In this document: one piece after another, positions 22,506 to 33,854 of the stretch
Layout of the letters: each line of letters begins with the position of its first letter
How positions within the stretch are numbered: the stretch's first letter is position 1
Source of the DNA: Saprolegnia diclina VS20
Lineage: Eukaryota
Reading direction: 5' to 3'
Assembly (NCBI RefSeq): GCF_000281045.1
Contig: NW_008246132.1
Span: 27,283-69,101, forward strand
Length of the DNA: 41,819 nucleotides
The notes under the pieces: model-generated
Told to the model about the DNA's origin: nothing
Seen by the model: only the letters and a program-made list of their open reading frames with translations
The model's database searches: none
Made by a program: the position numbers and the translations under genes

Positions 22506-22895
22506 ATGCCATCACCCTCTCGCCACGTGCGCTTTGGCGCGGCCGTCGAGTACTTTTTCCCCGTCGGCTTCAACGGCAGCGCGCTGCCACGCGACGCAAT
22601 GCCGGGTATCGGGCTCACCGGCCGCCCGATCGCGATGCGCCAGACCAGCCTCTCGACACCGTCGTCCGTCGACGTCGCCCACTCGGTGCTGCGCTACTCG
22701 GCCAAAGACCGCCTGTACTTTTTGAAACGCGCGGGCTTGAGTAAGGACGACGTGACGCAGCTGAGTTTACGCCAGCGACAGCTCCGCATGGACCTACTGC
22801 AATCGATCGCAGAAGCGCAGAAAGAGGCAAGTCCCCGCAAGCGACGCGCCGAGAACTGTAAAGCATCGTTGAAATATAGACGTCTTGTACTATAA
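22506..22895 (+). CDS. Small protein resembling the CSRNP N-terminal domain
   Basis: RHVRFGAAVEYFF...SALPRDAMPGIGL...DRLYFLKRAG...LRQRQLR resembles the CSRNP-N pattern VxF...YF...S.P..G...G...R..LL..SG. Inr-like TCATTTCTCATTTTG just upstream. Confidence 0.6.
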   Translation: MPSPSRHVRFGAAVEYFFPVGFNGSALPRDAMPGIGLTGRPIAMRQTSLSTPSSVDVAHSVLRYSAKDRLYFLKRAGLSKDDVTQLSLRQRQLRMDLLQSIAEAQKEASPRKRRAENCKASLKYRRLVL

Positions 22896-23527
22896 ACAAT
22901 GGACCCGGGGCACGGCGTGTTGCGGCAGCGGGCTCCGGTTTGAAGCCACGATTTTTATCGCAAGGTCGACCATGGACACTCGTCAAAGCCCGTGCATTGG
23001 ACGCGCGTTTCTGCTTGTGCGTGCAGAGACGTTTGTCGTTCAAGGCATGGGTTTATTATTGACCCATGTTCAAGGTCAACTGCACGTTCGTCGGCAATTA
23101 AAAATGGCATGTGCCGAATTTAGACGTGGCAGCACGGTGTGCCAGGACGTCGCGAGAAGCGTCGATCTGAGGACAATGCGTCTTGCATAGCATTTGCTAC
23201 TGCGCGGTCGCTGTATGTATCAGCAAGAATACATGAAAAACCATGGATGGACTCTAGGCCCCGTGTGGCCTCAGCCGGGTCTTTGCGCCTCCACGTTGGG
23301 CTGCGTCTGCCACCTCGTCGTTTGGCGGTGTCGGGTGCAACAAGCAGCCACGCCATGGCTGCCGTCTTCGCGTTGAACATTAAACATTGAGCGAGCCCCG
23401 AGCCTCCTCCTCTGCGTCTTGGGCTTGTGCTACTACGTACATGTATTTAATCTAAAAGGGAGCCATTTTTGTAATTGTCCCAGAGCGCAGAATCAACACA
23501 ACCCTACACCTATATATTACCACGATA

Positions 23528-25441
23528 TTAAAACGACATGGTCGCGCGCTGCAGCTCGTTTTCGAGCGCAGTGATGATCTCGTCGGGCGTCGGGCGCAGC
23601 TGCGGGTCCCACGCGACGCACTGCAGCCCCATCTCTCGAAACGGGCTCTCGGCTGGAAAGTGCGGTACGAGCGACTGGTCTTGGACGCGCTGCATGATCT
23701 CAAAGTCGTTGAGCGGCCGGCCCTTGGACGTCACCTCCTTTGCGAACGGCGTCAGGTGCGTCTCCAGCTCGACGAAGATCATGCCGAGCGAGTAAATGTC
23801 GGCGGCCACCGTGTACGAGCTGCCCGTGTACACCTCGGGGGCCGTCCAGCGCAAGGTGCCGGCGCCTTGCGTCATAAAGACGTCGGTCTCGCGCGACCCG
23901 TTGAAGTCCGTGAGCTTGACCTGCATGTTGGAGTTGACGAGCACGTGCTTGCACTTGAGGTCGCGGTGGATGATGCCCCGGGCGTGGAGGTACTGGAGGC
24001 CGATGACAATATCGATCGCGTACCGGACCTTCTCGGTCCAGTGCATCTCGTGCACCGGGGTGCGAGCGAGGTACTGCGCGAGGTTGCCATTGTCCATGAA
24101 TTCGTAGACCAGTTGGACGCTCTCCGAGACGTTCTCGGGCGAGTAAATGACGCCGTACATGGCCACAATATTGGGGCAGTCAAGCCTACGCGGCAAATGA
24201 GGATCGAAGTGGCGACCAGCGGCGAACGTACTTCATGAGGATTTGGATCTCGTGCACGAATTTGGCCGTCGCGTTCTCCATCGAGTGCACCTTGAGGCTC
24301 TTGACCGCAACCACCTCGTCGTCGTAGACGCCGCGCCACACCTCCTTGTCCTGGCTCGAGGCGAGCTGCTCCGTGAGGGTGAGGAGGGCTCCGTCGAGGC
24401 GCCAGAGCTCGAGCTCTTCCAGGAGGTCGGCGTCGGCCTTGGCCGCTTGGACGAGGAAGCTGCTGTTTTCATTGCTGTAGATCGTGTCAAAGGCTGGCAT
24501 GTACGCGTCAAAGCCATCTTCAATGTCGCACGACTGCTCGGTCACGCGCGCCGAGAACGTGCCACTGGGCGGCGGTGGCTTGGCGGGCTCTTGCGAGTAG
24601 TAGCCTTCGGCCACTTGCGCTTTGGCGTCGATCTGGTGGAGCGACTTGTGCGTCTCGGCCCACATGAGCGAGTCGAGCTGCTCCTTGTGCTTCTTTCGCC
24701 GGCGCAAAAGAAAGAACGCAATGGCGCCGACGCACACGAGCGCGCCGAGTGCCAAGACGAGGTAGCCCACTGTGCCCATGACCCCTACGTTGGTTGAATG
24801 AGCTTTGTTTGTAGGTACGAGCCGGAGGTACCGCTCGAGGTGGACGTGGCGTCGGCTGGTTGCAGCACGGTCGACGTCGTGGGGCGTGGAGCCTCGGTTG
24901 TGCTACCGTTCGACGACGGCTCGACGTCCAGCGAGGTCGGTGCGGTGGTCGCGACTGTCGCCGACGGCGTGGCGGGCGCCTTGGACGGCATCGCGGTCGT
25001 CGGACGCGGCGCTACAGTCGTTGGCGCTACAGTCGTTGGCGCTACAGTCGTTGGCGCCAGCGTTGTTGGTGCGAGGGTTGTTGGTGCGAGGGTTGTTGGT
25101 GCGAGGGTTGTTGGTGCGAGGGTTGTTGGTGCATCCGTCACGGGCGTGTCGGTCACGGGACTCAGGACGAGGCGGACCTTGTAGCACCAATGACTCGGAT
25201 CGTCGTAGCCCGTGATGCCGTAGAGCTTCTTGTGCATCGCGCCGCAAGCGAGCGCGTCGCTGGGCGAGCTATCGCACTTGCTTGAGGTCTTGACCCAGTT
25301 GCAGCTGCGCCCGTCGAGCGACCCGCACTCGACGTCGCCGTCGGCGTTGAGGCGGAAGGCGTCGATTGCGCTGTTCACGCGCATGCACGACCAGTCGGCG
25401 ACCGCCGGCGCGAGCACCAGCAAGAGAAGGACGAGTTGCAT
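23528..25441 (-). CDS. Receptor-like TKL kinase K1: signal peptide, one 6-Cys module, Thr/Pro stalk, TM, non-canonical kinase domain
   Basis: Signal MQLVLLLLVLAPAVA; module WSC...RLNADGDVEC...CNW...CGAMHKKLYGITGYDDPSHWC; (PTTLA/PTTVA)n stalk; TM YLVLALGALVCVGAIAFFLL-RRRKK; kinase VAVK, HRDLKCKH, DFN, APE. Predicted introns 24785-24831 and 24186-24231. Confidence 0.9.
25008..25132 (-). repeat. 15-bp coding tandem repeat (~8 units, PTTLA/PTTVA mucin-like stalk of K1)
   Basis: GTTGTTGGTGCGAGG and GTCGTTGGCGCTACA units read directly. Confidence 0.95.
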
Positions 25442-26281
25442 CGCTGCGTCTGGGATTATGTGCACGACGTGGCGGCGCCGCCACCTGCTCCGGCGCTGGC
25501 TCTCGGCGCGCCGAAACCACGTGGCAGTCTTGTGCACCAAGTGACTTGCACTTTTTACTTCAAAAGTGTCTCGTTGGAACGGCATTATATCAGCATCGTC
25601 TCAATTGGCACCTGGTGCGTCGACGAAAAAGTCGGAATACGAACCCCGACCTGAATGCAATATGGACCACGACAACTGTGTCTCTCTTGCGCCTCTCCCG
25701 GTCCGCGTTGTGCGATGCCACCTACACTGGGATGCACAGTCGATGACCCTCATTCTGCGCTGATGGGATCAATTTCTGAGCAAAGTGTCAGTTGGAGCCG
25801 CCGCAGCAAAGGTTCGAAAGCACGGAACAGATCCTTGTCGGACCTCAAGGTGCGTTGATGTTGACTGCAGCGTTTTGCGTCATCGGCGGAGCTCCCACGA
25901 CGTCGCAACGGTCGAAACCCGACACAGTGTAACCTTGCAGAATGAGACGGTTTCGGTAATCGTGTTGATGACCGAGCGGTTTCGAAGCCATGGCGATCGT
26001 CCATCCACTTTGCCCTTCCGATAGGGAGTTCTTGGAGCGTACTGCATGAATATACACTATCGACCCCATATTTCGTGAATAGCAACAGCAAGCAACGAAC
26101 TTTTTCTGGCCAAGTCGCGTGCCAGCCATAGATGGTTGGCTCAAGTTTCAAAAGGGGTGGTCGTTGGTTACGGGCGGTGACTGATCGCTGCTGCCGTTGG
26201 GCGGAGGCGTGCGGCGTTCTCTGCTCATAGAACCTTTTTTGGGCGTCAAGCACGACTTCTTCAGTTGCAAACTACCGGAAC

Positions 26282-28189
26282 ATGCGTCAAGCGCGCTACG
26301 CTGTCGTAAGCCCCAAGACGCCGCCTCTCTCGGTGGTCGGCGCCAAAGTCATCGCGTTCGCTTCGTACCTCACCGGCATCGCGGTGCTCTGCCTCGTCGG
26401 ACTCGACACAATCTCCAACAACTGGGCCATCAACAACTTTGTCGGCAACGGCTACCAGTTTTTGACGCCCCTCGCAACCGCCTCCGGCACCGCAGACCTC
26501 CTCCGGCAATACTCGTTTGCAAAAGGCGCAAGTCTCACCGACATGTCCAAGGTCGCCCAGTGGATGTTCAACTACACAATGACGCAGCTCGTGACGCCCG
26601 ACAACGACAAGGTATTCTTGCTCTCGGCCGGCACCTTCGAGACGTCGGCGACCTTGGACCAATGCGGGTTTTGGAAAGGCGTGTACGCGGCGCCGTCGCT
26701 CACGGTGCAGCTGGGTGGAGCCACCGACTCGATCTCGTACCTCCGCGGTCAAGCATTCAGCCACACGTTTACCGACGACATGACCAAAAACCTCGGGAAC
26801 ACTTCGATGGGCCGTAGCCAGCTCAGTGCCCTCGGATACACGCCCGCCCGCCTCCAAGCCGACGTCCGGTTGACGGTACCCGTCACTCTAGTCAATGCGA
26901 GTCGCCCGCAGTCGATGCCGGTCATCTTCTACCGGTACTTTCCACGGTCCTACTGCACCGGGTGTTCGCCGTCAGCGACGTTTGGGCGCGGCCACTGCAA
27001 CCTCACCTTTGTCTACAACGCGTCAAGCGCCAGCGTCCGCGTCACGAGCGGTGTTTTCATCGACCAGACGCCGTACCATCTCGGGCTCATGCTGCCACAA
27101 AGTGTCTTTACGGCCGCGTCCAACTACCTCAAGTGCATCGCGCTCTTGTGTGCGATTGGCGGGTACCTCGCAAGCCGGCGCACGGTGCAGTGGCTCGAAG
27201 CCGCGCCAGGCACGATCTGGGACTCTATCGTGCGCACAATCGCGCCCCGCTGCTTCCCGCACCCGTCGTATGCGCTGCGCTTCGACAGGTTTTCGTACAA
27301 CAACGACCTCTTTGTCGGGCTGTTTGCGCTCGCAGTCCTCTTGGACATCAACCACGCCATTACGTTCATCCGCGACGTCAACGTCTTCAACGCCACGAGC
27401 CCGCAGTTGGGCATGACGATCCAGCTCTTTGCGCTCTCGACGCGTCTTCTCTGGCTCAACTGCGCGACGCTCAAGCTTTTGAAGCTCGCGTGGCATGTCA
27501 TCTCGACTGCAACCTACAGCGGCGAGAGTCGCGTCATGGGCTTCCTGAACCTTCGCAACGTCACGTCCCTCTACCTCTCGGCGATCTTGCTCTTTTACGT
27601 CCCGCCGTTCATCGAGTACAACAACGCAGTGCGCGTCGGCTTGAAAAATACCGTCGAGCCGCTCGATGGCACCATCATCGACTTGCTCGACAGCTGGTAC
27701 GTCCGGGGCACGTGGGCCATCTCGGGCGGACTTCTTCTCAATATACTTCTGGTGCTTGCCTTTGACCAGGTGATCAACCGTCGCTTTTGGCGGCGCATGG
27801 CCAACAACAGCCTCGCGCGCCAAGCCACGTTCAACAGCACGTCGATCCTCATGGACTTTGTCTCGGACGTGGATGTGAACAGCGCTGTTCTGGCCTGCAA
27901 GGCGCGACGTCTTCTGATGCTGCAGTGGTACTTTCTATCGCATTTGCAGACGTTTGGACTGCCAGAGAAGGACCTTTTGCGCGCCAAGAAGCTCGCGCAG
28001 CAGCGCCGCGTGTCGGTTCAACCTACAACAACCACGTCGTCCAACGTTGATACGGCGGGCGAGATGCTGTGCACGGTCGCCCAGGACAGCGGCCATCACA
28101 TCCACCTGCTCGACGACCAGTTCACAGACATTACCAGTCTCGTCCTCAACATCAAGGTGCTCAAGGACACGTCCGTGACCATTCACTGA
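26282..28189 (+). CDS. Uncharacterised multi-pass membrane protein (635 aa), paralog of 1677-3656
   Basis: Intronless ORF, collinear with the 1677-3656 protein along its length (NNWAIN, PRSYCTGC, YLASRRTVQWLE, NSLARQA.FNS.SI, FGLPEK, HIHLLD...NIKVLK). Confidence 0.9.
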   Translation: MRQARYAVVSPKTPPLSVVGAKVIAFASYLTGIAVLCLVGLDTISNNWAINNFVGNGYQFLTPLATASGTADLLRQYSFAKGASLTDMSKVAQWMFNYTMTQLVTPDNDKVFLLSAGTFETSATLDQCGFWKGVYAAPSLTVQLGGATDSISYLRGQAFSHTFTDDMTKNLGNTSMGRSQLSALGYTPARLQADVRLTVPVTLVNASRPQSMPVIFYRYFPRSYCTGCSPSATFGRGHCNLTFVYNASSASVRVTSGVFIDQTPYHLGLMLPQSVFTAASNYLKCIALLCAIGGYLASRRTVQWLEAAPGTIWDSIVRTIAPRCFPHPSYALRFDRFSYNNDLFVGLFALAVLLDINHAITFIRDVNVFNATSPQLGMTIQLFALSTRLLWLNCATLKLLKLAWHVISTATYSGESRVMGFLNLRNVTSLYLSAILLFYVPPFIEYNNAVRVGLKNTVEPLDGTIIDLLDSWYVRGTWAISGGLLLNILLVLAFDQVINRRFWRRMANNSLARQATFNSTSILMDFVSDVDVNSAVLACKARRLLMLQWYFLSHLQTFGLPEKDLLRAKKLAQQRRVSVQPTTTTSSNVDTAGEMLCTVAQDSGHHIHLLDDQFTDITSLVLNIKVLKDTSVTIH

Positions 28190-28381
28190 GACACGCCGAA
28201 AAATAGTAAAATACGATTTTATCAACTTGATAAGATCTTTTTTGATAATATCAAGTACATTTCACCATCCACACAGCAGTGCGATCGACAATCGACGATC
28301 GCTAGCGCAGTGCGTATCTGTGGTTGCAGCGGACGATATGGATGTGTCAACATTCTTACTTTACTGAATCGATTCGACGTA

Positions 28382-28680
28382 TCATTCTCGCAGTGGAAGG
28401 GCCGATCCAAAGCGATGATCGACGACGACAATATCTTCAAACGTGCGTACGCGGAGGTCGCTCGCGACCCCGAGCTTGTGGACGCACCACGTCTTGACGT
28501 CAAAGACAACCCACTGATTTTGATACCGAACGCTCAAGAGCCCATTCAGAACCGCCGACGCGCGGTCGAGATGGCAGACGTCCCCAAGGATCCAGGCGTC
28601 GTGCTCAAAGAGGTACTTCGCCCCACCACAGAGCAGCATCGATGAGCTGCCACGGGAGAGGCCTCGGACGACATCCCGAC
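28382..28680 (-). pseudogene. Isolated C-terminal fragment of a different oomycete membrane-protein family
   Basis: LLCGGAKYLFEHDAWILGDVCHLDRASAVLNGLLSVRYQNQWVVFDVKTW resembles, from memory, the conserved tail of a large Saprolegniales TM family. There is no room for the rest of the gene before the K2 stop at 28853. Confidence 0.5.
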
Positions 28681-28852
28681 GTTGATACTAGGAAACACAG
28701 GAAGTCATTAAAACAGTGTACGCACAGATTGCAAAATCCTGTTGTTACGTTGGCGATCTGTGGCGTCCATGTTACCGACATGTCGACCAACTAAAACCAA
28801 TTCAATCTACTAGTAAAACAGTAACATCGCTACACTAATACATCGAGATTTA

Positions 28853-30627
28853 CTACCCTACTAGTCGCAGAGCGTCACGAAGGTACCGGACGATGGCCTT
28901 GGCCTTGGGGCGCGTCGTCGGGTCAAACGCGATGCACTGGATCGCGAGGTTGTACACTGCATCAGGGCAGCTCGTGCTGAAGCTGGGCTCGACGCCGCCG
29001 CTCATGACACGCTCCATGAGCACTCCGTCCGAGACGTTGACGAGCTGCTGCGTGGCCGGCCGGTCGCGCAAGAGCACAAAATCCTGCAGCGAATGCAATG
29101 GCTGCTGGAGGTCGTAGTACGGTACGTGGTGCGTATCGAGCTCCGAGAGGATCATCCCGAACGAGTAGACGTCGGCGGCAACACCATACCGCTTGCCTTC
29201 CAAGACCTCGGGGGCCGTCCAGCGGTAGCTGCCGACGCCCTGCGTCATCGTCGCGGTGGTGACATTGCGCGCGACGCCAAAGTCCGAGACCTTGGCCTGC
29301 ATCGCGTGGTTGAACAGTACGTTCCGGGACTTGAGGTCGCGGTGGATGATGCCCACTGTGTGCAGCGCTAAGAGGCCTTTGGCAATGTCTTTGGCGCACG
29401 CGATCTTTTGCGGCCATGGAAAGAGCAGCGTGGCGTTCGACCGCGTCACCTCCAAGTGGTGGTGCAGGTCGCCCTTGTCCATGTATTCGAGGACGAGCTC
29501 GACATCGAGTAGTCGAATGTAGCTGATGCCCACCACGCGCACCACGTACGGGCTCTGGACGCTACATAATACGACAACATAAGACTATGAGACATGAAGG
29601 CCGAGGCTACCGTGTCATGAGCGTGATTTCATCCAAGAAGGCTTGGATGATGGGTGCCGTGCGCTCCGACGTAAGCGGCGTTTTGATCGCGACGAGCTGG
29701 TCGCGGTACCGGCCGACGCGGACAGTCCCGTACGTGCCGACCGAGAGGGTCGCAAGCGGCACGAGCTGGGATTCGTCGAGCCGCCAGAACGCCAAGTCCC
29801 CGAGCTCAAGCTTAGCGCCGAGGGTGAGCGACTCGAGGTGCTGCACGTTCGGGCGGACGACCACCGTTTGAAGCAGCGCGTCGTCTCCGATCGAGCTGTC
29901 AAATTGGCTTTCCGCTGGGTAAAAGAAGGTCGTTTTTCTCGAGTCGAGGACCGTGCGGGAATCGTTTGCCGGTCGACGCGCCTTGGGACACCACTTGCAG
30001 ATGCCGTAAGCGACACCCGCCGCGAGAAGTGCGACGCCAGCCACGATGATCCAGAATGTGGCGGACGCTATGCATGCCATCACTCTAGAGACCATCCGTC
30101 ACGTAGGAGAGATTACCGGGCAGGCCAGGCGCATCGGCAGGCGACGGCGTCGTTGTTGCTGGTAGCGCACACCAGTCCATCGCACGGGGCGCCGCGGCGT
30201 CACCACACGTCAGGCCGATCGCCGTCGCCGACACCGTCTGTCGAAGCGCGCTGCAGTCGGCGGCGCTTGGGAGCCACACGCACGCCGCATGGTCCACCGA
30301 GTAGCAGACGGTGGCGTTGGTGGCGTCCGACTTGACGAGCGCAGTGGACGTCGTCGCAAGATTGCTTACGCATGTCCACGGGTTCCAGTCGAGCGGAAGA
30401 GCGGCTTGGGCGAGGCTGCAAGGTGCCGATGCGTTCTGCAGCGCGCTGGCGTCGCACGCCTTGCTGACAAGCGACCGCGATTGGAGCGCTTCGCACTGCG
30501 CTTGCGACGGCGTGATGTAGCAATCCCCGGCCGCCGTGTCCAGGGCGCACTGCACAGCGCCGTCGGTGGCGCGGCGCCAGAGACCATAAAACGTCGGTGT
30601 CGCCACGCAGGTCCAGACCGCAGCCAT
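28853..30627 (-). CDS. Receptor-like TKL kinase K2: two 6-Cys modules, TM, intact kinase
   Basis: MAAVWTC...DGAVQC and WTCVSN...CVW...DWC modules; TM FWIIVAGVALLAAGVAYGIC; LGDLAFWRLDE; VGTYGTV, VAIK, HRDLKSRN, DFG, APE. Predicted introns 30068-30116 and 29562-29610. Confidence 0.9.
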
Positions 30628-31105
30628 GGTGCACGAAGACGAGTGTCCTTGACGAAACGTGGCGCTGTCCATTGTGCGTAACGTGGGCGCCATTTTTTCG
30701 AGCCGCTCGACATTGCACTTAGAAAGGCCAAGTCTTTTTTTTAGTAAAAAACATTGTCGCGCCACCTGGCCAGACCACATGTCATCGCTGCTGGTGGTCA
30801 ATGCAGCGATCGACACGGTATCCAAGATTCTCTCAAGGAGCGTCACGGTGGCACATCGCGCAGTCTATATCGCCGGCCTGTCGGGGTGACGCGCAATTGG
30901 GGTCGTGTAAAGCAATCACGACTGCATCTCGCGTTCGCGCCGTCATCGCAGGCACGGCAATGAGCTGCAGATACCACACTGGCACGGTGTGACTATGATT
31001 TCAAAGAATGATGCTACCCGTGCGTCACAGGTACGGTAACTACACTGTTCTTACAGTAGTGGCGTCCAAACGAATCCCGCCAAAATGCATTAAATAGGGC
31101 TGGGG

Positions 31106-33177
31106 TTAGTCGGCCGACGATCGCAGTGCAATGTTGTCGAGCATCGTGCCGAGGGCTAGGGCCGTCGGGCGGGCACTTGGGGTATACTGCGTGCACTGGT
31201 GAATGACATCGGCTAGCGGACACGTTGGTGAGCACTCGGGGCGGACGCTGCCGGCCTTGAGCGCCTCGATCCACTGGTACTCATTCCAGCCGTTTTGGAC
31301 GTTGCCAAAGGGAATGGCGTGCGTCTCGAGTTCCCAGAGCACCATCCCGAGCGAGTAGACGTCGGCGGCGAGGCTGTACGCGCTGCCTTCCAGCACTTCG
31401 GGCGCGGTCCATCGAAACGTCCCGACCCGCGCCGTCATGTCGACGTCGACGATACGCGAGATGCCAAAGTCCGTGAGCTTGGCGCGCAGCATGTGCGCTT
31501 CGGTGTGCAGCAGCACGTTGCGGGATTTGATGTCGCGGTGGATTATGTCCATCGAGTGAAGGTAGACAAGGCCTTGGACCATGTCGCGCGCCAGCTGCAC
31601 CTTGACGCGCCACGAGATCGACGGCGAGACCGCGAGGAGCTGGCGGAGGTCGCCGTGGTCCATGAACTCGACGATGAGCTGGATGTCGCGCGGGCGCACC
31701 CACGCGCAGCCGAGCAAGCGCACAATGTACTTGCTCTCGAGCCTACGACCAACTTCGTAAATGCGACCTAGCAAATGTACAAGGTATTCCGATACGTGGT
31801 CATGAGCCGGATCTCGTCGATGAAGGCTTGGACGGTCGCTGTCGACTTTTCGCCCGCGAGCTGCTTGATGGCGACGGGCGATCCTTGGTACGTTCCGAGC
31901 GACACGACACCGTACGCGCCGACGCTGAGCACGCGCGATGTCTCGAGCTTGGCTTCGTCGAGACGCCAGAGCACGAGGTCGCCCATGTTGAGCTGGCCGC
32001 CGACAACGTCATCGTCGCTGCCGAGACTGTTGGTCTTCGGAAGGTCCATCATGGCCTTCGGTGGCGCCTTGTCGGTCCAACAGAACATGTAAGACGCGTT
32101 GGGCGACTCCTCGGCCTTGGCCCAGTTGGCCTGCCGCCGACGGTACCAGACGACGACCAAAACGAGCGCAACGACAGCGACGCTGGCGGCGGCGACGACG
32201 AACCAGCTCACGTTCGGGCTTGACGACGAATCGCTCGGGCCATGGATCGCTAGTCAAAACACCATTGTGAATGGGGACACGTTCAGATCTGGCAACGTAC
32301 CAGATGTGGGGCTCGATGGGACGAGAATGATGCGCGGGCAAGTGGCGTCGGAGCGCAGTGCCGTCTTGGAGTCGCTGAGCCAGCAACTGTGGACGCTCAA
32401 GAGCCACTGCGCGCACGTCGCAGCGTCGGCGCTGTACGCGCACACATCGCGTGGCGCGGTCGTCACGGACAAGCACTCGAGCTGCCCGAGGTCTGGGTCA
32501 ATGCGCGCTGGCGTAAACAGCTTCGAGTCGGCGTTCTTCAAGCAGCTCCACTCGTTCGTCGCGAGCAGAAGCGGAACCAGTGGCGCGCCGGTCTGTGAGT
32601 CCTTGGGCGGCGCTAGCGAGTGATCGCTACCAGGCGTGGGCTTGGTCGTTGCGCCGCCAGCGTTGGGTGTCATGGTCGGCGCTGGATTCTCACTGGGACC
32701 ATTCGTCGCCGGTGATGCCGATGGTGGACCAGGTGTCGGGTTCGGCGCAGGCGCAGGTCCCGGTGCAGGTCCAGGCGCAGGCTCGGGCCCTGGACCTGGC
32801 GCTGGTCCGGGCGCTGGTCCTGGCGCTGGTCCTGGCGCTGGTCCTTGTGTCGGCCCTGGTGCGGGTCCTGGTGCGGGTCCTGGTGCTGGCGGAGGCGTCG
32901 GTGCCGACGTTGGTGGCGGTGGTGCGAGGACCTGCCGTACCTTGTAGCAGTAGCTGCTCGGGCTGCTGTAGTCGGTGCACTCGATCGTATACCCGGTTGG
33001 GTTGGCATTGTACCAGGCGCAGTAGGACGCCACGTTGGCGATCCAGTAGCAGTGGTTCTCGTCGGCGTCGAGCGAGTGGCGCTGGCACTCGACGTTGCCG
33101 TTGCTATTGACGCGGTAGAGGCCCATGGAGCCCGCGTGCGCCGCATCCGCGATCGCCAAGCACGTCCACGCGCCCAT
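31106..33177 (-). CDS. Receptor-like TKL kinase K3: two 6-Cys modules separated by a (PAPG)n linker, TM, intact kinase
   Basis: MGAWTC...RVNSNGNVEC...SSYC; PAPG repeats; WSC...GQLEC; TM WFVVAAASVAVVALVLVVVWY-RRR; MGDLVLWRLDE; VGAYGVV, VAIK, HRDIKSRN, DFG, APE. Predicted introns 32250-32300 and 31743-31795. Confidence 0.9.
32745..32890 (-). repeat. 12-bp coding tandem repeat (Pro-Ala-Pro-Gly linker of K3)
   Basis: GGTCCTGGCGCT and GGTCCTGGTGCG-type units read directly; borders approximate. Confidence 0.9.
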
Positions 33178-33854
33178 CCCAGTCGGGAAATGCTACATTG
33201 CGCGGTCGACAGGCCGTCAACCTGGCTACAGTGACCGGATGACCGGATGCAGGAAAGGTCTGAGACCGAATTAGCATAGACAAGTACAGTCCTACTTCAT
33301 TTCGGAATCTTCGCAGACGCCTGTCGCTGCTATCGACGACCGAAGTGCTACACCTTTCTTGAGTACAAGCGACTATCGGGTTGGCATTCAAGTAGGACCG
33401 TCTTTTGAAGGCGATGGGACAGGGTGAAGGACACAATGTACTTGTATAAGGGAACTACAGCTCCATGGCACGGACTGTGGGATATACAGGGTGTGTGTAC
33501 GAGCAAATGTCGCACCAAGTGCAATGATGCTGCACCACCGATAAGTTGTTGAGACTGCCGAACGGTCGAGGATGCTTCGGGCATCTCGATCGGCTCCAGC
33601 ACTCAGCTCTCAGCGTGCCTTTGGGCGATGGAAGCAAGCTCGTTGGGACGTCGTGCGAGGCCTCATGGGGCTAGCATAGGTACCTATATTGGGCAGCACG
33701 ATGGGATTACTCGCATGCACCGACGCAGCCACTTTGAATCCCGCCGGGTACAGCTCCACCTTCTCTACCAGGTCGAGCCTCAACCGAGTTGAGGTACGGT
33801 AGCCTGTGTGGGGCGCTTGAGCCATCATTCATTGACAAGGCATAGTCGTCAATG

